From a bacterium (GTDB taxonomy: Bacteria > 4484-113 > JAFGCY01): a stretch of DNA of 64,000 nucleotides. Of the stretch, positions 42,559 through 50,091 are shown piece after piece. The position numbers were made by a program, and so were the translations under genes. Within the stretch, counting starts at the first letter, position 1, and every line of letters starts with the position of its first letter. The stretch lies in NCBI GenBank assembly GCA_020440645.1, contig JAGRNR010000009.1, forward strand, positions 5,092 through 69,091, written 5' to 3'. Under the pieces are notes generated by a model. That model did not search any database. It was not told where the DNA came from and saw nothing but the letters and a program-made list of their open reading frames with translations.

Positions 42559-43011
42559 CTACCGCCACGCAAACCGCTCATCCAGCGCACCCGAGAGGAT
42601 GCGCTCCCGGAGCGCGATGATGCCGTCGATCAGCTGCTCGGGCCGCGGCGGGTCGCCCGGCACATAGATGTCCACTGGTACGATGCGGTCCACTCCCCCG
42701 TCCACCGCATAGCTGCCGTCGAAGGGCGCGCCGCTGATCGCCCCCGCGCCAAACGCCATCACGAAGGCCGGGTCGGCCATCGAGGCATGCAGCCGGCGGA
42801 TCACCGGGGCCATCTTGTTGTTGACGACGCCGGCCACGATCAAAAGGTCCACCTGGCGCGGGCTGGGGCGCATCACCTCAGAGCCGAAGCGCGCGATGTC
42901 ATAGCGCGGCGAGATCGCGCTGAACAGTTCCAGCGTGGCGTAGTCCAGTCCGAGCATCAGCGGCCACAGGGAATGGGCACTGGCCTCGCGGATGAGGTCC
43001 TTCAGACCCAT
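42559..43011 (-). CDS. nuoB: NuoB / PSST / hydrogenase-small-subunit-like protein with no cysteine (N2 cluster ligands all replaced)
   Basis: SLWPLMLGLDYATLELFS (canonical SLWPxxFGLACCAIEMM), SPRQVDLLIVAG, NKMAPVIRRL, FGAGAISGAPF (canonical MGACASSGG) and VDIYVPGDPPRPE (canonical VPGCPPRPE). There are zero Cys in 150 aa. Confidence 0.85.
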   Translation of the reverse strand: MGLKDLIREASAHSLWPLMLGLDYATLELFSAISPRYDIARFGSEVMRPSPRQVDLLIVAGVVNNKMAPVIRRLHASMADPAFVMAFGAGAISGAPFDGSYAVDGGVDRIVPVDIYVPGDPPRPEQLIDGIIALRERILSGALDERFAWR

Positions 43012-43400
43012 TCCAGCGCTCCCTTGCGGTAGGCATAGGCCCAGCCGACGAGCAGGATGCCGAGGAACACGAACATCTCGCCCAGTGAGGCGGCCCCGAT
43101 CGGCGTGAAGGTGATGTCGTCATTGCCGAACACCAGCAGCCGGAAAGCGGTGGCCCAGGGGAAGATGAACATGATGTCCACGTCGAACATGAGGAACACG
43201 ATCGCGAGGATGTAGAAGCGGATGTTGAAGCGCACCAGCGCATCGCCGGTGGCCTGCGCGCCGGATTCATAGCTCAGGCGCTTGAGGAAGTTCGGCCGCC
43301 GCGGACGCCACAGGTTCAGGAAAGCGAATGCCAGCCCGATCAGCACCGCCCCGCCCAGCAGGAAGAGTGCCACCCAGTTGTACTGTCCAACGGTGTTCAT
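43002..43400 (-). CDS. nuoA: NuoA/ND3 homologue
   Basis: LSYESGAQATGDALVRFNIRFYILAIVFLMFDVDIMFIFPWA. A 10-nt overlap with nuoB. Confidence 0.85.
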   Translation of the reverse strand: MNTVGQYNWVALFLLGGAVLIGLAFAFLNLWRPRRPNFLKRLSYESGAQATGDALVRFNIRFYILAIVFLMFDVDIMFIFPWATAFRLLVFGNDDITFTPIGAASLGEMFVFLGILLVGWAYAYRKGALEWV

Positions 43401-43430
43401 GTCTCACTTGCGGCAGCAGGCCGCTCCCTG

Positions 43431-43436
43431 ATTATA
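43431..43436 (-). promoter_or_regulatory. Putative -10 box TATAAT, 30 nt upstream of the nuoA ATG
   Basis: The + strand reads attata, in the 53-bp gap after the upstream lipoprotein gene. Confidence 0.4.
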
Positions 43437-43453
43437 GGCCAGAGCGGGCAGGC

Positions 43454-45553
43454 CTAGTTCACGGTGATGAACTTGTAGGCGATGCCCGTTTCCCCGAGCG
43501 AATCCGTCACCCGCACGGCAAGTGTGTAGAATCCGGGTGAGTTGAGGGTAGTGTTGATCGTGCTGTTCTCGAAGGTGGCTTCGAAGAAGCCGTCACCGTC
43601 CAGGTCATAGTCATAGATAACCGACAGCCCGTCCTCATCGTCCGAGCTCAGGCTGGCATCCAGCATTACCAGCACCGGTGCAAACCCAGTGTCCGGTGAT
43701 CCAGTCAGCACGGCGTTGGGCGGATGGTTCTCCAGACAGGTCAGCTTGTAGGCGCCCGGGCCGGTCTCGATGGCGGAACCGGGCACGAACACCTTCAGGT
43801 AGTAGCGCCCGGCGGCCGGCAGGCTGAAGTTGATGTATTCACGGTCCACGTTGTCAATCGATTCAATCAACGGAACGACCAGGTCTGACTCATGGTACAG
43901 AGCCAGTGAAAGGTCGACCGTCGCCGAACTGAAGTCCACCCAGAAGCTGGCGGTGGTGGCCCGGTCGGCATCGATCGCGTACCAGTCCTCGGTGTCGCTG
44001 CCGCCGACGCTAGCACTCCAGTCGCGGATATGCTTCGCGTAGTTGAGGAAACCGCCGAGGCTGTCCGCCTCCGTCTCGGCATTGTTGGGCTCAGTCTCCT
44101 GCGGGTCCACCCCGTTTGACACGATCACCTTCAGGCTGGCGGTGGCCTCCCGCTCACCACTGTCGGTGATGCGCACCGTTGGCGTGAATTCGCCGGGCAG
44201 CGTGTAGGTGATGTCACCACCGGGGTTCAGGCCGAGGTCATAGTCAAACGTGCCGTCACCCTCGAAGTCCCATTCGTACTTGACGATGTCATTGTCGGGG
44301 TCCACGAGGCCGCTGGTGTCGATGTAACGGATGATTCCGTTCTGCAGGCAGTAGTAGTCGATGCTCAGTTCAGCAGTGGGCGGGTTCTCACCGCTGATCG
44401 GCGTGATCGTGACATCCGTCGTGGCCGTGGCACTTTCCCCGAAGAAATCGATCACCATCACCCCGACGGTGAAGGTGCCGGCCTCGATGAATTCGCGGTA
44501 GGCGAAGGGGACCGGGGTCTGCAGCTCATGGAACCCGTCGTCGTCAAGGTCCCAGCGGTAATTGACGATGCCGCCATCCGGGTCCATGCTGTTGAAGGCG
44601 TCAAAGTTGATGGCCTGGGGCAGCGGACCGCCGTTCGGCAAGGCCACGATGTCCGCGATCGGTGGCAGGTTGCCCGGTTCACCGGTCACATTGATCGTGG
44701 CGGTGGCTTCGCCGGTGCCACCTTCGTTATCAACCACGCGCAGGGTGCAGGTGAAGGTGCCGACATGGTCGTAGTCGTGGCTGGGGGTCGGCCCGAGGTC
44801 ACCGGGTGTGAAGTAGATTGGGTCCTCGAATGACCAGTGGTACTCGGCGATCGTGCCATCCAGGTCGGAGCTGGCGGAGCCGTCAAACCCTGTGGTGAAG
44901 AAGTACTGGCCGCTGTCCTGGGCCACGGTGAAGCTGGCGGTCGGGGCGAAGTTGCCACCGAGCCGCACACGGGTCAGCTCGAAGCTGCCGCTGCCGGTCA
45001 GCAACACGCAGCAGTAGATCGCGTCGAAGTTCGAGAAATAGCCGTCCAGCGAGCCGAAGTCGAAGTGGTCATCGTCATTGCCAAGCTGCCATTTCCAGCG
45101 GCCGCTGCCGTAATCCGTGATGCCGACGTAGTACTCGCCGGAGTCCGGGCGCACGCCCCACTGCAGGTCGACCTGAGCCTCCCTTGCGAATCCCGGCAGG
45201 TGGTAACCGTAGATGCCCCAGCTCACATCCAGCTTCGGCGGGTTGGCGGCGGGGTCCCAGTCCGGGGCCATCAGCAGGCTGTCCCCGAACACGATCGCAT
45301 TCTCGCGGCTGCCGGGCGTGATGATCTCCGCACCCTTGCGGATGTAGTCCGCCGGTGTATCACTGAAGCTGCGCCCAACGGCGGGCAGCTCGGCCGGGGC
45401 TGGAAGCTGGGCAAGCAGGTCCTGCGGCAGTTCAACCGGACCGGACTGGCGCTCAGGCGTGGCAGCCTTTTCCTGCAGGTTGGCAGCGCCGGATGAACAG
45501 GCTGCCAGGCAGAATAGGCAGCCTGCCAGCAGAAGGGCAAATGAAGCACGCAT
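43454..45553 (-). CDS. Paralog 1: lipoprotein with a conserved unknown N-domain, PKD repeats, a PPC (pre-peptidase C-terminal) domain and a terminal PKD
   Basis: MRASFALLLAGCLFCLAACSSG. N-domain motifs VSWGIYGY and RWKWQLG...LRLGGNFAP. PKD examples YHWSFEDP..., YRWDLDDDGFHE and YEWDFEGDGTFD. PPC motif ETEPNNAETEADSLG...DWYAI...GRYYLKV. Confidence 0.85.
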   Translation of the reverse strand: MRASFALLLAGCLFCLAACSSGAANLQEKAATPERQSGPVELPQDLLAQLPAPAELPAVGRSFSDTPADYIRKGAEIITPGSRENAIVFGDSLLMAPDWDPAANPPKLDVSWGIYGYHLPGFAREAQVDLQWGVRPDSGEYYVGITDYGSGRWKWQLGNDDDHFDFGSLDGYFSNFDAIYCCVLLTGSGSFELTRVRLGGNFAPTASFTVAQDSGQYFFTTGFDGSASSDLDGTIAEYHWSFEDPIYFTPGDLGPTPSHDYDHVGTFTCTLRVVDNEGGTGEATATINVTGEPGNLPPIADIVALPNGGPLPQAINFDAFNSMDPDGGIVNYRWDLDDDGFHELQTPVPFAYREFIEAGTFTVGVMVIDFFGESATATTDVTITPISGENPPTAELSIDYYCLQNGIIRYIDTSGLVDPDNDIVKYEWDFEGDGTFDYDLGLNPGGDITYTLPGEFTPTVRITDSGEREATASLKVIVSNGVDPQETEPNNAETEADSLGGFLNYAKHIRDWSASVGGSDTEDWYAIDADRATTASFWVDFSSATVDLSLALYHESDLVVPLIESIDNVDREYINFSLPAAGRYYLKVFVPGSAIETGPGAYKLTCLENHPPNAVLTGSPDTGFAPVLVMLDASLSSDDEDGLSVIYDYDLDGDGFFEATFENSTINTTLNSPGFYTLAVRVTDSLGETGIAYKFITVN

Positions 45554-45608
45554 CTTTATTCCTCACTGCGCCCGGATACTCTCCAGCAAGCTGGAGGGGC
45601 AGCACAGA

Positions 45609-45614
45609 ATTCTA
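45609..45614 (-). promoter_or_regulatory. Putative -10 box (gTTAGAATTCTGTGC) for paralog 1
   Basis: It lies 55 nt upstream of the ATG at 45553. GAGGAATAAAG ATG supplies the SD. Confidence 0.4.
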
Positions 45615-45675
45615 ACTGAAAGAATCACCAAACTGAGCTTCGCGGCAAGCAGGTCCCAGCTACCCCTGGCACGGT

Positions 45676-47790
45676 TCAAATGGGTAAGGCAGTTACTATG
45701 ACGAAGTCTGTATCCGCGAGGCCCCACTCATCGATTACGCGCACGCTGACGACGATTGCACCGGGTACTGTGATCTGCGTGTCATAGGTGGGCTGGAACT
45801 GGCCGGTCACTTCAAAGATCCCGTCACCGTCGACATCAAACTGGTATTCAGTGATGTAGCCCATCTCAACTGTGCTGGCAGATGCATCCAGCGAAATGTC
45901 AAATGGAACCGACCCAACGAGCGGATCAGCGGACAAAGCGGCGTGCGGGCCGTCATAGTTGCGGCAGCGGAATGTGTAGTCACCGGGGCCCTTCGCCAGT
46001 GCTGAGGGATCTATGCTCACACGGATCAGGTACTGGCCGGCGGAGGGCAGCACGAACTTGAGGATTTCACTATCCAAGATGCCGTGTGCGCTGGCCAATG
46101 GGTTGTCGGTGTCGCCGGCGGAATACAGGTCCAGGCGCATGTCTATCTCGCTGCGGAGGAAATCCGCGACGAACGCCACTGGACCGCTGCGGTCGGATTC
46201 GAAGGAGTACCAGTCCGCGCTGTCGCCGCCGCCCTCATCCAGTGAGCCCTTCCAGTTGCAGATCCCCTTGGAGTAGTTCATGAAGCCGGTGAACTCCTCG
46301 GCCTCGCCCGGGGTACCGTTGGGTTCAGTTTCAGCCAAGCCGGAATTCGGCCCGATCCGCAGCGGTATGCTGGCAACGTCTGTCCGGCCGCCGCTGTCCG
46401 TCACGCGGAATGTCGCGTTGAAAGTCTGCCCTGTCTGGGCATAGGTCGCAACGAATTCCTCACCGGGGGCGAAAGAATAATCGAATATGCCATCACCCTC
46501 CAGGTCCGTCTCGAACGAGACGATGTCATTGTCGGGGTCGCTGCTCTCGCTCCAGTCTATCCTGAAGGCACCCGGTGAGTTGAAGCTGTAGTCGGACTTG
46601 ACGACGATGGTCGGCGGCTCAGTACCATCAACCGGGTCAATCACCACCGTGGTTGAGGCGGTGCTAAAGCTGCCCTGGTTGTCAATCGCCATCACGGACA
46701 CCTCATAGCTGCCGGGTACGGCGAAGAACCACTTCTGCACGGCACTGCCAAAAACCTCGAAATGCCCGTCTCCGTCGAAGTCGAAACGGTAGCCGGCTAT
46801 CGAGCCGTCCGTGTCGCTGCTGCCGCTGCAGTCGAAGTTGATCCACTGCGGGACCGGTCCACCGCTGGTGTCAGGCACGATCGAGGCAAGCGGTGCAGCG
46901 TTGCCATCCACCAGGGCGACCGAAATCGGGATGCTGAGCTCGGCGGTGGCTCCCTCATTGTCCGTCAGGCGCAGTGTGCAGGTGTACTCGCCCGCGTGGT
47001 CGTAAGTCCAGAAAACCACCGGGGCCGGGTACCGGAAATCCGTGTAGACCGGATCCTCCATTGACCATTCGTAGCCTGCAATGCTGCCGTCCGGATCGTG
47101 GCAACCCGAGGCGTCGAACTGGACCTCCAGAGAGCCTGTTCCACTGGTCTGGTTCGGGATCAGGCTGGCCACGGGCGGCAGGTTCTCCCCCAGACGCAGC
47201 CGGCTGAGATTGAAGTTGCCCTTGTCCGCGACCAGGATGGTGAAATAGATGTCGCCATTCCCGGAGAAGTAGCCGTCAAGGCTACCGAAATCAATGATGT
47301 CCTGATCCGTGCCCTGGAACCATTGCCAGCGATTGCTGCTGAAGTCGCTGACACCGATGTAGTGGCGCGCTCCGTCCGGCCTGGGGCCTTCCCACAGTAC
47401 CTGCAGTTCCGGCTGGCGCTGGAAATCAGTGATGTTGAAACCTTAAATCGCCCAGCTCAGCTCACGTGTCGGCGGCTCGGCCACGGGCTCGTAATCAGCA
47501 ACCATCACAAGCATGTTCCCGACAATGCTCGCATTGGCGAATGCATCAGGCTGATAAGTCTGATATCCATCCCGCAGGAAGTCCTCCGGGACATTGCTGG
47601 CGCTGCGCTGCTGCTGAGGCAGGCTGTCCAGTCCCGGCAGCCCGTCAGCCAGCGAGGGACTGAGCTGTACAGCCTCAGCCTGCGCGGAAACGGGCAGGTC
47701 AGCCGCCTGCTCCGGATGGGCCGGCTGGCTGCTGCATGAAGCCGCGAGCAGCAGGCAGCCTGCGCACGCGATGGCGAGAAGAGCTTTCAT
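45676..47790 (-). pseudogene. Paralog 2 of the PKD/PPC lipoprotein family, interrupted by a single in-frame TAA (47445..47443)
   Basis: Track ORFs 47443..47790 and 45676..47172 are in the same frame (2115 nt, 705 codons). My translation across the gap reads LSWAI*GFNITDFQ...YIGVSDFSSNRWQWFQG...LRLGENLPP, aligning with LSWGIYGFNIADYQ...YIGVSDYSSGHWQWRQG...LRLGGNFPP of paralog 3. The stop replaces a Tyr conserved in all three other paralogs. Confidence 0.8.
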
Positions 47791-47843
47791 CTTTATTCCT
47801 TGAACCTGCCTGGTTCCTTATGGCAGTGCAGGAGGCTGGGAAA

Positions 47844-47849
47844 ATTCTA
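47844..47849 (-). promoter_or_regulatory. Putative -10 box TAGAAT for paralog 2
   Basis: It lies 53 nt upstream of the ATG at 47790. AAGGAATAAAG ATG is nearly identical to the paralog 1 leader end. Confidence 0.4.
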
Positions 47850-47903
47850 CTCGATCAGTCTCAATCATTGACTTTCCCAGTAAAGCAATCCGCCAGCGAT
47901 CAT

Positions 47904-49997
47904 TCAGGGGGCGATGCCCGTCACTGTCACCGTGGCGATTGACTCCATTCCCAGCATGTCCTGTACCTTGACGCCGAGCTCCTGCGGTCCTTCCCAGCTG
48001 ACGGTGCCAGTACCGAGCCATCCGCCGGGCTCGCTCTCGAAGATCCCGTCGCCATCCATGTCAAAGAAGTAGATCAGGCCCTCCAGGTAACGGTCATAGC
48101 TGCGGCCCGCGTTGAGCACAACCTCGGTCCCCGTCTCCACTACCGTTGCGGAGGCCGTGACAAAAGCCACCGGCTTGGAGGGGTCCCAGAAGTCCAGCTT
48201 GTAGCCGCTGTCCTGCCCGGCCTCGCCTGCCTGCTTCGTGAACACGCGCAGGAAGTAGTCCCCCGGCGCCGTAATGAGAACGGACATAAACTCGTTGTCG
48301 GTATCCGAGTAGCTGAAGAACAGCGGGTTCACCAGGTCAAGAGGGCTGTACATCTCAATGTCCATGTCCATGAAACTGTGCGTGAAGATCAGGTTGAACC
48401 ACAGCTGGCCGTTGTGCGCGGCATGGATCACATACCAGTCCTCGGTATCCTCAGCGAACTTGAGCTGGCCGGGAAAGTCGCGCACCCGCACACACTCGTT
48501 GCCAAAACTGCCCAGGCTGATCGCCGTCTCCGGGCTGTCATTCGGTTCTACCTCCGGCTGGCCGGAGAATGGCGTGACCATCACTGGACAGGTTGCCGTG
48601 TCACTGCGTCCGCCGCTGTCAGTGACCCTCACGGCGACGTTGAACACGCCGCCATCCTGGGAATAGGTCACGTTATTCACGGGATCGAGCCCTGAATCAA
48701 CGTCGAACGTGCCGTCACCCTCGAAGTCCCATTCGTACTTCACGATGTCATTGTCAGGGTCATAGGATCCCTGTGCGGTGAAGTACCGTGCACCCGCAGT
48801 GTTGTCATACCAGTAGACGGCCTCCAGCTTTGCCACCGGAGGCTCCGTGCCCTCCACGGGCAGCACCTCGATCTGCATCGTGGCCGTGTCGACGGCACCG
48901 AACTCATCAATCACCATCACGCTGGGGTTGTAGGTGCCGGCTGCGATGTACAGAGCCTTGAACACCGGGCTGCCAAAAGTGAACTGCTCGAAGTACCCGT
49001 CCTCGTCAATGTCCCAGCGGAATGTCATGAAACCGTTCTCCGGATCCGTGCTGTCCTGTGCATTGAGCGTGACGGAAAGCGGAACCAGGCCGGATACCAC
49101 ATCAGATTCAGAGTAGATATCGGCCACAGGCGGGTCATTGCCAGGCACGGCGGTGACGCTGATCGGAATGACAAATTCCGTCATTCCGCCTTCGAGGTCA
49201 TGCGCCCTGCCTATGCAGTCGTACTCGCCGACATGGTCATACTCCCAGTACAGGAACGGACCGGCGGGCTCGAAGATCGGCCCACCCTCGGCGGACCATT
49301 CAAAGAAGGTCAGAGTGCCATCCGGATCGTAGCTGGCTGAGGCATCGATGTTGACCGTCAGCTTGCCCTGGCCGCTGTCGTTGTCAATCGTGTAGTCGAT
49401 CACGGGCGGGAAGTTGCCGCCGAGGCGCAGCCTGCTGAAGGTGAACTGGCCCTCCGTTGCCAGCAGCACCACCACATACAGGTCGCCGTTGGCAGAGAAA
49501 TAGTCAGCCAGCCCCGGGAAGTCCACGGTCCCGTCCGCCGTACCCTGGCGCCACTGCCAGTGTCCGCTGGAGTAATCACTGACCCCGATGTAGATGCCGG
49601 AGCTGGCGGGCGCAGTGCCATTCCACTTTGCCTGGATCTCCGTGCCGCGCTGGTAGTCTGCGATGTTGAAACCGTAGATCCCCCAGCTCAGTCCATGCAT
49701 CGGCGGGTCGCCCTGCGGATCATAGGTCGGGCTCATCGAGAGCTTGTCACCGGTCACCTCGGCATTCATCTTCGCCGATACCTTGTAGATGTCGGCTCCC
49801 GTGCGGATGCAGGCTTCCGGCGTATTGCTGGTACTGCGCTGCATGGCAGGCAGGGCAGAAATGGCCGGCAGCTGCGATTCAAGCTGCGGCAGGACAGCGT
49901 CGCCTGCCGGTTGGTTTACCTGGCCGCCACTTCCGCTGGAGCAGGCTGCCAGCAGCAGCATCGCTCCGGCCAGCAGGCCACTGAGCTGTCTGAACAT
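47904..49997 (-). CDS. Paralog 3: lipoprotein with the unknown N-domain, PKD repeats, PPC and a terminal PKD
   Basis: MFRQLSGLLAGAMLLLAACSSGSGG, LSWGIYGFNIADYQ, FRWDIDEDGYFE, YEWDFEGDGTFD, and EVEPNDSPETAISLG...DWYVIHA...GDYFLRV. Confidence 0.85.
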   Translation of the reverse strand: MFRQLSGLLAGAMLLLAACSSGSGGQVNQPAGDAVLPQLESQLPAISALPAMQRSTSNTPEACIRTGADIYKVSAKMNAEVTGDKLSMSPTYDPQGDPPMHGLSWGIYGFNIADYQRGTEIQAKWNGTAPASSGIYIGVSDYSSGHWQWRQGTADGTVDFPGLADYFSANGDLYVVVLLATEGQFTFSRLRLGGNFPPVIDYTIDNDSGQGKLTVNIDASASYDPDGTLTFFEWSAEGGPIFEPAGPFLYWEYDHVGEYDCIGRAHDLEGGMTEFVIPISVTAVPGNDPPVADIYSESDVVSGLVPLSVTLNAQDSTDPENGFMTFRWDIDEDGYFEQFTFGSPVFKALYIAAGTYNPSVMVIDEFGAVDTATMQIEVLPVEGTEPPVAKLEAVYWYDNTAGARYFTAQGSYDPDNDIVKYEWDFEGDGTFDVDSGLDPVNNVTYSQDGGVFNVAVRVTDSGGRSDTATCPVMVTPFSGQPEVEPNDSPETAISLGSFGNECVRVRDFPGQLKFAEDTEDWYVIHAAHNGQLWFNLIFTHSFMDMDIEMYSPLDLVNPLFFSYSDTDNEFMSVLITAPGDYFLRVFTKQAGEAGQDSGYKLDFWDPSKPVAFVTASATVVETGTEVVLNAGRSYDRYLEGLIYFFDMDGDGIFESEPGGWLGTGTVSWEGPQELGVKVQDMLGMESIATVTVTGIAP

Positions 49998-50036
49998 GCG
50001 CTTGTCCTCGCACTTTACCGGGTTCCGTCCGCACAG

Positions 50037-50042
50037 ATTCTA
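50037..50042 (-). promoter_or_regulatory. Putative -10 box (gTTAGAATCTGTGC) for paralog 3
   Basis: It lies 39 nt upstream of the ATG at 49997. The extended motif is shared with the paralog 1 promoter. Confidence 0.4.
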
Positions 50043-50091
50043 ACCCAGGACAAACCAGGACAAGCAGTTGCATCGCAGTCCGGCCTGCAGC

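Noticed and set aside
47443-47445. The in-frame TAA as evidence for stop-codon reassignment
   Set aside because: TAA terminates the permease gene at 6242..6244 at the expected protein end. Only this one internal TAA was seen in the genes I translated. A nonsense mutation or sequencing error is simpler.
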